UHGV virus genome: UHGV-0122704
Origin: a virus
Strand: one strand, 5' to 3'
DNA length: 43,652 bases
Below, one piece after another: positions 6,995 to 15,720 of this stretch (positions are counted from its first letter, which is position 1; each line of letters starts with the position of its first letter). The position numbers and the translations under genes are program-made. The notes below the pieces were generated by a model. That model was not told the origin of the DNA, made no database searches, and was given only the letters and a program-made list of their open reading frames with translations.

Positions 6995-8055
6995 TGTTCT
7001 TGAATCCGCACGGGATTGATATGCAGCTGCTCTTGCAGATACTGCAAACGCACCGGCCTAGCTGGGGTAGCACTAAGTGGTTCGAGCCGCTGCTTATGCA
7101 GTCGCTACAGGCGCTGGGTAGTGGTATGCACTACGTAAAGGACAAGCACGGGAACTACTTCGTGCTGGTGGGGGACTCAGAGCAAAGTGACGTAGCGTTT
7201 ACGTCTCATCTCGACACAGTGGCACGACCAACCAGCGCTGCGCCGGACGTCGGCTGCACTAACAAGGGCGTGCTGTTCGTAAAGAATCCGCAACAAGCTG
7301 ACTGCTTGGGCGCCGACTGCGGCGCCGGTATCTACCTGATGCTGGAGATGCTGCGGCGCGGCGTGCACGGACGCTACTGCTTCTTCGTGGATGAAGAGGT
7401 AGGCTGCGAGGGTAGCGCTGCATCGGTCAAGGATGACTCTGGATTTTGGACTGGGGTCAAGGCGATGATTAGCTTCGACCGCCGCGGCGACGGTATCATT
7501 ACGCATCAAAGGTATATGCGCTGCTGCTCTGACACCTTTGCCAAGACCCTAGCAGAGCGCCTGGGACGCACGGAGCAGCACTTGCAGAAGGGTGTTTATA
7601 CTGACTCGGCTGAGTTCGTTGGCATCATTCCTGAGTGCACCAACGTCGGTGTAGGGTACATGCACGAGCACACCCCGGATGAGGTGCTGGACCTGAACAT
7701 ACTGGGCCAGGTGCTTGAGCGGGTACTACAAGACGGCACGTTCTCGCACCTCCCTATTGAGCGGGACCCGGCAGTAGCAGAGCCAGACCTATGCCAGTGG
7801 CTCGCTGCATCGACGCTCAGTTTACGGCAGCCGTGGGATATGCCGCCGGACGAGGACCCGCAGTTACTGGCCGCGTTCCGGGAAGTATCGCAGCTTTCTA
7901 AACAACAACTGGTTAGCTGGGTACAGGAGAATCCAGAGAAGGCGGCGGAGTACATAATGGTGTTCTCCGATTACGGCTTTAAAGAAGAACTGATTGAACT
8001 AGGCACCCGAGTCGTAGAAGACTGGGGCGGATACGATAATATTGTGGAGGGTTGA
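6994..8055 (+). CDS. Putative Zn-metallopeptidase-like protein (M20/M28/M42-like ligand pattern)
   Basis: Ordered candidate metal ligands HLD (TSHLDTV), D (GADCGAG), EE (FVDEEVG), D (FDRRGDG), H (MHEHT) match the co-catalytic zinc exopeptidase pattern. Motif-level inference only. Confidence 0.5.
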   Translation: MFLNPHGIDMQLLLQILQTHRPSWGSTKWFEPLLMQSLQALGSGMHYVKDKHGNYFVLVGDSEQSDVAFTSHLDTVARPTSAAPDVGCTNKGVLFVKNPQQADCLGADCGAGIYLMLEMLRRGVHGRYCFFVDEEVGCEGSAASVKDDSGFWTGVKAMISFDRRGDGIITHQRYMRCCSDTFAKTLAERLGRTEQHLQKGVYTDSAEFVGIIPECTNVGVGYMHEHTPDEVLDLNILGQVLERVLQDGTFSHLPIERDPAVAEPDLCQWLAASTLSLRQPWDMPPDEDPQLLAAFREVSQLSKQQLVSWVQENPEKAAEYIMVFSDYGFKEELIELGTRVVEDWGGYDNIVEG

Positions 8056-8057
8056 TT

Positions 8058-8504
8058 ATGTCTAAACTTTTTAAAGTAGGTGATAAGGTTCAGCGCATCA
8101 ATAAGATTGAAGGTAAGACCGTGCGCGGCGAGATAGTCACTAAGGGGCCTGGCCTCTATATAGACATCAAGCTAACCGAAGGCGCAGGGATTCATTATGC
8201 CGGGGATATCTATGGCGGCTCTGCCGACTTCTGGCAGCTAATCGAGGAGGCGGACGAGCTGCCACCGGTTCCGTCTAGTGTAGCATATTTAAACACTAAA
8301 CGAGACCCAGGAAACGACCAGCGGCTGGTATTAGAAAAGGACAGCGAGACTAACGAAGGACTACTATACATCGGAATAGTGCCTAGAAAAGGCAGCACCC
8401 GGGCAGAGCGAGAGATTGGTATTAATATGAGCCCCGATTCAGCCCTGCAGTTGGCACATGACATTCGTCGAATGGCTATGAAAGTTAAGCGAGAGATTCA
8501 GTAA
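8058..8504 (+). CDS. Hypothetical protein (148 aa)
   Basis: ATG 8058 preceded by GGAGGG; track start TTG 8052 is a less likely alternative. Confidence 0.5.
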   Translation: MSKLFKVGDKVQRINKIEGKTVRGEIVTKGPGLYIDIKLTEGAGIHYAGDIYGGSADFWQLIEEADELPPVPSSVAYLNTKRDPGNDQRLVLEKDSETNEGLLYIGIVPRKGSTRAEREIGINMSPDSALQLAHDIRRMAMKVKREIQ

Positions 8505-9289
8505 TGGACCAGCCCTGGCTTAGAGCGTGCAAGCGCCTGGCCGTTGGGCAGAGGGCGCGCTTTCGGTGCTGCGGCAGGGACGCCGCCGGGGTGCTCTACA
8601 ATAACCCGGATGCCTGGGAATATTATTGCCACCGCTGCAAACAGGTGGGCAAGGAGCACAAGCAGTACCAGCGCATACAGTTACAGGAAGAGCCGAGGGT
8701 GCAGCCCGCTGCACCTGCAGATGCAATTTGCATTAGCCAAGCGCCTGCGGAAACGCAGAGTTTTATTTACGGATTCCTGACCACAAAGGGAATCATGCCT
8801 GAAATGGTGGAGGATGCAGAATGGAGCAAAGAGAAACAGCGGATAATCTTCCGTGTCGGAAGCGCTGCTCTGGGCCGTGCAGTGCATGCTCGGCAGCAAC
8901 CGAAGTGGGTAATGTACGGCCAGCCAATAGCTTTCGCTGTCGCGGCACCTGCCGTAGCACCGGCTGTAGCTGCGGCCGCGCCTCTAAAGGTCGTGCTCAC
9001 CGAGGACTTACTCTCAGCCCGGAAGATACAGCACGCAGTTACGAGTTACAGTGCATTGAACGTGCAGGCTATAGCTATGCTGGGTACACGCTTGCCCACG
9101 CCGCTGAGGGCTTGGCTGATTCAGAATCGCCCGGAAGTGATTCTGATGCTGGATAATGACCCGGCTGGACATGCTGGGGTAGCAGCGGCGCGCCGAGCAC
9201 TGCGTCCGTTCATGCAGTGCCGTGAGCATTACTTCGCTGCGGACCCGAAGGATGCAGAAATCAAAGAGATTCTGGAGGCTTTACAATGA
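8504..9289 (+). CDS. DNA primase (zinc-ribbon + TOPRIM)
   Basis: N-terminal Cys cluster RFRCCGRD...YYCHRCKQ; TOPRIM-like VILMLDNDPAGHAG with an upstream acidic residue; sits directly before the helicase. Confidence 0.8.
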   Translation: MDQPWLRACKRLAVGQRARFRCCGRDAAGVLYNNPDAWEYYCHRCKQVGKEHKQYQRIQLQEEPRVQPAAPADAICISQAPAETQSFIYGFLTTKGIMPEMVEDAEWSKEKQRIIFRVGSAALGRAVHARQQPKWVMYGQPIAFAVAAPAVAPAVAAAAPLKVVLTEDLLSARKIQHAVTSYSALNVQAIAMLGTRLPTPLRAWLIQNRPEVILMLDNDPAGHAGVAAARRALRPFMQCREHYFAADPKDAEIKEILEALQ

Positions 9290-9480
9290 GTATGGGTATC
9301 TGGGTTTTAATCATGGCGATTAATGGCAGTGCGGTTAGCGACACAGACTTCGCTGCGCTAACCACTCAAGAGTTCACAACGGGGGCCGCCTGCAACAAGG
9401 CGGCCAAGGCGTTCGAAGAGAAGTTTGACACATTCAGGGTGTATACCGCTAAAGCAATCTGTGTTCCTAAGGAGGTTTAA
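9286..9480 (+). CDS. Hypothetical protein (64 aa)
   Basis: ATGA overlap with the primase stop; fills the primase-helicase gap. Confidence 0.45.
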   Translation: MSMGIWVLIMAINGSAVSDTDFAALTTQEFTTGAACNKAAKAFEEKFDTFRVYTAKAICVPKEV

Positions 9481-10761
9481 TTGGACCTAATAGTAGTTAA
9501 GGCAATGTGCACGCAGAAGGTATGGAACCGACTGCGTGAACAGATACCCAAATCCATGCTAGCGCCGGACACAGCTAACCTACTAGACTGGGTGGGGTTG
9601 TACTGGAACACGTACCCGGAGCACCAGGAGGTTCAGTGGGATGCAATGCAGAGCATGCTAAACCTCCGGGCGGGGCACCTGTCCCGGGAAGAGCGGGTAA
9701 TCATGGACGAGCTTATGCGGGGAGTACAAGCCGTGCCACAGGATTCTGTGGTGGGGATTGTCCAGACCCTGAACGAGCTGGCCTACAGCGGGGAGGTAGC
9801 AGCGCTGACGCAGCGCTATCAAGACGGCGAGGAGATTGATTACCTGCTGGAAATGAAGCACCTACAGCGCAAGTACGGTGATGGCGCTGCGGTGCATGAT
9901 TCGCTGCTTGAATGGGAGAGCGGTAGTGTTGACGAGATACTTGCCGCGACTGATGAGAGCGGCGGTCTTAAACTGGGCGTGTTCGAGCAACTCGCTAGCA
10001 ACATCCGAGGTCTACGTGGCGGGGACTGCATCGCAGTGGCTGCTCCTGTGGACTCTGGTAAAACTAGCCTGCTTGCTGCTATTGCTGTGGACTTTGCTGA
10101 GCAGATGCAGCAGCAGCCGGAAGTATACGGGGACCGCCCGATTCTCTGGCTGGTTAACGAGGGTCCGGCGACGCGTACAGTGCCGAGGGTATATCAAGCG
10201 GCGCTGCACTGGACTCTGGCGGAGATTAAGGACCGGCACAGTAAGCAAGAGTTCGTGCCAGCCTACCTCAAGAAAGTAGGCAGGGCTGACCGGATTCGCG
10301 TTAAGGCTGCGCACTCCTTGACGATGGCGCAGATATCCACGCTCATGGAGGAGATGCGCCCCGCGGTAATCATCATTGATATGGTGGCGAATATCCGTGG
10401 CGGTACTATGGAGAGTGAGCACCAGAACCTAGAGGCGAAATGGCAGGAGCTGCGCATCCTTGGGTGCGAGAACGACTGCGCTATCGTAGGGACTATGCAG
10501 CTTTCACTCGAAGGTTACAACATGTTGTTCCCGCCGCTCACCGCTATGAAGCAGAGCAAGATTGGTGTACAGGGTGCCTTGGACTTGGCGATTATGATGG
10601 GATGCTTGGACAGGAACGAGCAGCCGCACATGCAAAACGTCCGTGGTATCAGTACTCCGAAGAACAAGATGGCACTGTCTGGTAAAGAGTCGCTACTGCA
10701 ATTCGAGGTGGGATTCGAGCCGGGTCGTTGCCGCTTTGACGAGGGCCAGATTAACCGGTGA
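9481..10761 (+). CDS. Replicative DNA helicase (DnaB-like / T7 gp4 helicase-domain-like)
   Basis: Walker A AAPVDSGKTSLL and Walker B-like AVIIIDMV. TTG start at 9481 sits 5 nt after a strong AAGGAGG; an in-frame ATG at 9506 is the alternative. Confidence 0.85.
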   Translation: MDLIVVKAMCTQKVWNRLREQIPKSMLAPDTANLLDWVGLYWNTYPEHQEVQWDAMQSMLNLRAGHLSREERVIMDELMRGVQAVPQDSVVGIVQTLNELAYSGEVAALTQRYQDGEEIDYLLEMKHLQRKYGDGAAVHDSLLEWESGSVDEILAATDESGGLKLGVFEQLASNIRGLRGGDCIAVAAPVDSGKTSLLAAIAVDFAEQMQQQPEVYGDRPILWLVNEGPATRTVPRVYQAALHWTLAEIKDRHSKQEFVPAYLKKVGRADRIRVKAAHSLTMAQISTLMEEMRPAVIIIDMVANIRGGTMESEHQNLEAKWQELRILGCENDCAIVGTMQLSLEGYNMLFPPLTAMKQSKIGVQGALDLAIMMGCLDRNEQPHMQNVRGISTPKNKMALSGKESLLQFEVGFEPGRCRFDEGQINR

Positions 10762-10767
10762 CTTCCC

Positions 10768-10790
10768 TAGCGCCTTCTATGAGGGCGCTA
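10768..10790 (+). promoter_or_regulatory. Stem-loop (TAGCGCC / GGCGCTA, 9-nt loop) related to the early hairpin motif
   Basis: Shares GGCGCTATGT with copy 2; lies between the helicase and the small ORF before the DNA polymerase. Confidence 0.45.
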
Positions 10791-10813
10791 TGTAGGTACA
10801 CTAGGAGGCTACT

Positions 10814-10969
10814 ATGCTTAAACCGTCAGACATTAACTACCTCGACGAAGAGGTAATCAAGGCGTACGCTGCGTCTGCAGGTACTTTCCGTAAACGATTC
10901 GCGCTGGACAGCAGCCAGCTGATTGTGCATCTAGCTATCAATAAAGCTCGGAGGGCTAAGTGGAAATGA
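10814..10969 (+). CDS. Hypothetical small protein (51 aa)
   Basis: ATG 10814 preceded by a near-perfect AGGAGG; its stop overlaps the DNA polymerase start in ATGA. Confidence 0.5.
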   Translation: MLKPSDINYLDEEVIKAYAASAGTFRKRFALDSSQLIVHLAINKARRAKWK

Positions 10970-13377
10970 CAACCAGCATAATGCACCTTGACCTGGAGAC
11001 GGAGAACCATGAATATTACGGCTCTAAAGCAAGCCCATACTGCCCTGACAACTATGTTGTTGAGTCCGCATGGCGTATCGACACGACACAGGCTGACGGT
11101 ACTACCACTGTTGGCGCGACTCAATCGGTGCGCTTCAATTCAAGAGCTGATTTCTTGGCGGGAAACAGTGCAGCAGAAGGCTGCCGGTGGTTTCATATCC
11201 CCGAGGATTGCTGGCTTATTGTTGCGCACAACGCAGCCTATGAGATTTCTTGGTTTCTCACGTACCAGCGGCAGCAGTTTGAGGCCTTCCTCAAGCGCGG
11301 TGGCAGGGTGTTCTGCACAATGCACGGGGAATACATCGCCTCGGACTTTCAGAGCATGTATCCGTCTCTGGACGAGACGGCTCCTAAGTACGGTGGTACG
11401 CACAAAGTAGACGGGGTTAAGATTCTATGGGAGCAGGGTGTGTTAACCTCCCAGATCGACCCGATACTGCTGCATGACTACCTGGTTAACGGGGACATCC
11501 CGAACACGGCCCTGTGCTTCTACGGCCAGTGCGCTACGTTCGCCCAGCGCAATCAGATGCAGTACGTGTGGGAACGTATGGATGCCTTGCTAGCTTGGGC
11601 GTACTGCGAGTGGTTCGGCCTGTTCGTGAATATGCCAATTGCACGCAAGAACCAGGAGGAGCAGGAGCAGCGCATCCGTGAGATTAAGCAGGAACTGCAG
11701 CAGTACATCCCGAAGGACTTGCCGGAGACGCTGGACTTCAATTTCGGGTCGGACTTTCATATGTCTGCACTGGTGTACGGCGGGCCTATAAAGTACCGCA
11801 AGAAGGTCCCCTATGACCCTCCGCAGTACGTCAAGGCCGACTACTATAAGTACGAGGACGAAGATGGTGCGCACACCTATATACCTGTACACGACACGCA
11901 CATGCAAGAACTTCAAACGGAAGGCGGATGGTGGCGTGTAGTGACATATCGTGCGGGTAAGAACAAGGGGCTCCCTAAAGTATTCCGCCTCGATACCGAG
12001 GAAGAGAAACTTAAATGGGAAGACGACCTTTACTTCTGCCCGGGCCTAGTGAACATCCAGGAGCTTCCGGAAGTTATCCGGGAGAAGTACGCAGAGCGCG
12101 GGGAGTTCCGACAGGCGCGCACCCTGCAGGATGGCACCCCTGTGTATAGCACCAGCACTGATGCAATGGAGGCGCTGGCTCGCCAAGGGTTCGAGTTCTG
12201 TAAGTTGGTGAACGAACTGGCGGCGCTGGAGAAGGATACCGGCACTTACTATTTGCGAGAAGTACTGGACGCAGGAGGTAATGTAAAAGAGCGGAAGGGG
12301 ATGCTGCAGTATGTAATCCCGGAGCGTCCCGATGGTTCCGGCATCATTCACCACCGGCTGAATACTTGCGCCACCGTAACCGGGCGCTTGAGTAGCTCTA
12401 ACCCGAACCTGCAGAACCTACCCCGCCCGGATGAGGATGGCGACGGTGTGGCTAAATCCAAGGTGAAGCAGGTGTTCACCAGTAGATTCGGGGACAACGG
12501 ACGTATCACTGAGGTTGACTACTCGGCACTGGAAGTGGTTATGTCCTGTGTACACACGGGTGACAAGAAACTGCTGGGACTGCTGCAGAGTGGTACGGAT
12601 ATGCACTGTTACCGCCTAGCTTTCCGCGAGGGATTACCGTATGAAGAAGTATATGAGCGCTGCCACAACAAGAAGCACGAGCTGCATCCGCTTTGGAAGG
12701 CAATGCGTACAGGTATTAAGGCTCCTAGCTTTGCAGCCCAGTATGGCGCTACGGCTAAGGGGATTGCGTTTGCTACTGGATGTACGGTGGAATTTGCACA
12801 GGCTTTCTTGGACAACGAGGCTGCGCTGTTCCCGCAAACAATTGGCTTCCGCGCTGTTGTCAAGGAAGAGGTAGAACGTACCGGTGCGGAGGGGCGCATG
12901 TACCGGGAGCAGGCTGACGACGGCAGCTACCGAATCTACCGCATTGGGACGTGGACCAGCCCAGCCGGTGCCCGCTACAGTTTCCGTCAGAAAGAGCAGT
13001 GGAAAGAGGTTGTGCCTGGGCAGCGTAAGCAGAAGGTAATGGACTACAAGGAAACAGAGATGGCTAACTACTGGTGCCAGGGGGAAGCATTCTTCCTGAT
13101 GGCGGTAGCCGCCGGTATGGTTCTGCGTGCACTCCTGGCCCGTGACTGGTTCGACAATCAGGTGTGCCTGATTACGAACGTGCACGATGCGTTGTATCTG
13201 GACAGCGCCAACCCGGAGGTTGGACGTGAGGCGAGCCTGCTGGTTAAGCAGTGCATGGAGGATGCACCTAAGCGTATTCACCAGCTCTGGCCTAACTACG
13301 GCATCATTGGTGAGGTCCCGTTCCCAGCAGAGGCTGAGATGGGTACGAGTATGTACAGTAAGGAGAAGGTAGAATGA
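10966..13377 (+). CDS. DNA polymerase (family A, T7 gp5-like)
   Basis: N-terminal 3'-5' exo motif MHLDLETEN; polymerase motifs RLNTCATVTGRLSSSNPNLQNLP, K...FAAQYGA and VHDALYLD. ATG 10966 preferred over the track GTG 10960. Confidence 0.95.
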   Translation: MTTSIMHLDLETENHEYYGSKASPYCPDNYVVESAWRIDTTQADGTTTVGATQSVRFNSRADFLAGNSAAEGCRWFHIPEDCWLIVAHNAAYEISWFLTYQRQQFEAFLKRGGRVFCTMHGEYIASDFQSMYPSLDETAPKYGGTHKVDGVKILWEQGVLTSQIDPILLHDYLVNGDIPNTALCFYGQCATFAQRNQMQYVWERMDALLAWAYCEWFGLFVNMPIARKNQEEQEQRIREIKQELQQYIPKDLPETLDFNFGSDFHMSALVYGGPIKYRKKVPYDPPQYVKADYYKYEDEDGAHTYIPVHDTHMQELQTEGGWWRVVTYRAGKNKGLPKVFRLDTEEEKLKWEDDLYFCPGLVNIQELPEVIREKYAERGEFRQARTLQDGTPVYSTSTDAMEALARQGFEFCKLVNELAALEKDTGTYYLREVLDAGGNVKERKGMLQYVIPERPDGSGIIHHRLNTCATVTGRLSSSNPNLQNLPRPDEDGDGVAKSKVKQVFTSRFGDNGRITEVDYSALEVVMSCVHTGDKKLLGLLQSGTDMHCYRLAFREGLPYEEVYERCHNKKHELHPLWKAMRTGIKAPSFAAQYGATAKGIAFATGCTVEFAQAFLDNEAALFPQTIGFRAVVKEEVERTGAEGRMYREQADDGSYRIYRIGTWTSPAGARYSFRQKEQWKEVVPGQRKQKVMDYKETEMANYWCQGEAFFLMAVAAGMVLRALLARDWFDNQVCLITNVHDALYLDSANPEVGREASLLVKQCMEDAPKRIHQLWPNYGIIGEVPFPAEAEMGTSMYSKEKVE

Positions 13378-13595
13378 GTATAAAGTCTGGCAGTGTTGTG
13401 GAGTTGATGGACCTGGGGCCTGAGCCGATAGACCCGCGGTATGCAGCATACTTCGCCCCGGGTACGAGGCACACGGTCATGTTCTTCGACCCGGTTACTG
13501 GGGAGATAGAACTAAGTTATCCTGGACTAGTAGTAAGTAGACCGGGGGATGGTGTTACCTTCTTCCCGGGGGAGTACAAGCTTATCGTGGAATAG
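13374..13595 (+). CDS. Hypothetical protein (73 aa)
   Basis: ATGA overlap with the DNA polymerase stop. Confidence 0.5.
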   Translation: MSIKSGSVVELMDLGPEPIDPRYAAYFAPGTRHTVMFFDPVTGEIELSYPGLVVSRPGDGVTFFPGEYKLIVE

Positions 13596-13717
13596 TGATA
13601 GGTGGACCCTTGGGTGGTGTAGGGGGTTAGGGTAGCATGGAAATACACTGGGGTCAACTAAATAATTAAATAAAATTATTTGTTGACTCTAGCTTGATTC
13701 TGTGATTCACAGAGAAT

Positions 13718-13736
13718 TAATGTGATACGAGTAGGA
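13718..13736 (+). promoter_or_regulatory. Degenerate copy D of the conserved 19-bp motif (TAATGTgatacGAGTAGGA)
   Basis: Shares the 5' block TAATGT and 3' block GAGTAGGA at the same spacing as the three exact copies; about 20 nt upstream of HNH gene 13757 in an AT-rich intergenic region that also holds a TTGACT -35-like hexamer (13683..13688). Confidence 0.45.
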
Positions 13737-13756
13737 ACAACACAAGAGGATACCGA

Positions 13757-14191
13757 ATGTCGATGTGTATTGACCACGGGTATAACAAATGCCTTAACAA
13801 GAACGGATACCGCCGGGCATGGTATAAGCCGACCAGGCGATTGGAGCTGCTGCATCGGGTGGTGTATGCTGAGCATAACGGGCTGGATATAAGGGCGCTG
13901 GCTGGCCTGTCTGTTAGACATACCTGCGATAACCCCAGGTGCATTAACCCTAAGCACTTAGTATTGGGAACGCATATGGATAATATGCGGGACCGTGCAG
14001 AGCGCGGAAGGAACCCAGATGTGCGTGGGGATAGGAACCCAAAAGCGCAGTTAACTTGGGATGCTGTGCAGGATATCAGGGATAACTATATCCCATACAA
14101 GAAAGGTATGCGGCAACACTTTGCTAATAAGTACGGTGTAGGTGTACATGTAATTAGTGACGTAATAAGTAACAGGAGCTGGAATGCCTAA
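13757..14191 (+). CDS. HNH homing endonuclease (HNH_3-type)
   Basis: LHRVVYAEHNG...HTCDNPRCINPKHLVLGTHMDNMRD; RBS AAGAGGA. Confidence 0.85.
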   Translation: MSMCIDHGYNKCLNKNGYRRAWYKPTRRLELLHRVVYAEHNGLDIRALAGLSVRHTCDNPRCINPKHLVLGTHMDNMRDRAERGRNPDVRGDRNPKAQLTWDAVQDIRDNYIPYKKGMRQHFANKYGVGVHVISDVISNRSWNA

Positions 14192-15173
14192 GTTAAACAC
14201 AATAAAGCTATTCACCAAAGAGCAACACATAGATATCTTGAGCAAGCACAGCTCTAACGTGGATGCTGCTGCCGCCTATAATAATCTGGCGGGACTGGAC
14301 GAGCCAGTGGTGTATCGACAGATGGTGAAGTACTGGCGCAGCATATTCCTAGACCACGCTGGGAGCAAGGGTAAGGCAATATCCCACATGAAGGAGGCAC
14401 TAAAGCTCATACAGCCCAGTCCCACTGATGACATCGGCAAAACCTTCGTGCCGGAAGTGTGCCACCGTATTCTCGTAGTTGGGGATTTGCATGCCCCCTA
14501 TACGCACGTAGATGCTATGGCCTTCTTAGAATCTGTGCGAGACGCCTACTGTCCGGACATGGTTGTACAGGTAGGCGACGAGACGGACGGCCACGCTATA
14601 TCATTCCACGAAAGTAACCCGAACCTAGATAGCGCCGGGGTGGAGCTGGAGAAAGCCAAGCTCGTACTGGAGGAGCTGCATGAACTATTCCCGAACCTAC
14701 TGGTTTGCGATTCCAATCACGGCAGTCTGGTTTACCGCAGGGCGAAAGCTCACGGGCTACCAGTGCAATTCATCAAGAAGTACCGAGATATACTTTTCCC
14801 TGAGCATGGTGCCCCGGCGTGGTCTTGGGCTGACGCATGGGTACTCAATACCCCACTTGGCCCGGTTAGATTCCAGCATCAAGTGTCGGGTGACTTCATG
14901 CTCAACGCTAGCCACGAAAGAACCAGCCTTGTCCTTGGTCACGAACATGGTCGCTTTGAGGTGCAATATGCAGCTAGCTCAACAGCTTTGTACTTTGGTG
15001 CGTATGCTGGGTGTCTGATTGACCGTAAGAGCATGGCCTTTGCTTACGGCAGACTCACCCGCAAGAAACCAATCCTGGGTGTGATGGTAATCACCGAGGG
15101 CTGTCCGCAGTTAATCCCGATGCTGCTTGATGATTCCGGAAGGTGGTGTGCAAGAGATAAAACCAAAGACTGA
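14184..15173 (+). CDS. Calcineurin-like metallophosphoesterase (possible nuclease/phosphatase)
   Basis: Ordered motifs GDLHA (D-x-H), GDETDGH (GD-x-x-D), SNHG (N-H) and GHEHG (GH-x-H). Confidence 0.75.
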   Translation: MPKLNTIKLFTKEQHIDILSKHSSNVDAAAAYNNLAGLDEPVVYRQMVKYWRSIFLDHAGSKGKAISHMKEALKLIQPSPTDDIGKTFVPEVCHRILVVGDLHAPYTHVDAMAFLESVRDAYCPDMVVQVGDETDGHAISFHESNPNLDSAGVELEKAKLVLEELHELFPNLLVCDSNHGSLVYRRAKAHGLPVQFIKKYRDILFPEHGAPAWSWADAWVLNTPLGPVRFQHQVSGDFMLNASHERTSLVLGHEHGRFEVQYAASSTALYFGAYAGCLIDRKSMAFAYGRLTRKKPILGVMVITEGCPQLIPMLLDDSGRWCARDKTKD

Positions 15174-15195
15174 TACAGGAAAGAGATTCCGCGGT

Positions 15196-15699
15196 ATGGT
15201 TGTTTATACCTGGGACTGCCCTTACTGTGGCGAGGAGTTTGAGGCGATACGCACTAAGCTATTCAATACCAGTAAGCGCGGCGGCCTTGGTCACTGCGGA
15301 TGTCAAACTAAACTCAGGCAAAGTGAGAAGAATACTGGACGAACTCCGCCTAATAAGCTGGACGACTTAACAGTATCGGCGAATAAGGTATGGGCCTTTA
15401 GCACTAAGTTAGGTAGGAGTATTACTAAGGAAGACGCCAAGGCCTTAGTAAGCGCAGATTGTTATTACTGCGGCGCGCCACCCAGTACCTACCGGGAACT
15501 CGGCAGTGGGAGATGGGCGCGTAAATCCACAGTACCCACTAACGGGATAGACCGGAAGGATTCACGCATTGGGTACCATTTAGACAACTGTGTGCCATGC
15601 TGCCCTACCTGCAACTATATGAAGTCTGACATGCACCACGATGACTTCGTAGGACTGTGCAAACGCATAGCCCTGCATCTGCACGTAAATATCATTTAA
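15196..15699 (+). CDS. Cys-rich HNH-like endonuclease (start uncertain; track start 15127)
   Basis: CPYCGEEF, CGC, CYYCG and YHLDNCVPCCPTCNYMKSDMHHDDF suggest a zinc-binding HNH fold. ATG 15196 chosen to avoid a 45-nt overlap. Confidence 0.5.
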   Translation: MVVYTWDCPYCGEEFEAIRTKLFNTSKRGGLGHCGCQTKLRQSEKNTGRTPPNKLDDLTVSANKVWAFSTKLGRSITKEDAKALVSADCYYCGAPPSTYRELGSGRWARKSTVPTNGIDRKDSRIGYHLDNCVPCCPTCNYMKSDMHHDDFVGLCKRIALHLHVNII

Positions 15700-15720
15700 A
15701 CTAAACGAGGACGTAATTAT

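Noticed and set aside
12634-13449. Minus-strand ORF (271 aa) inside the DNA polymerase gene
   Set aside because: Antisense to a high-confidence polymerase gene.
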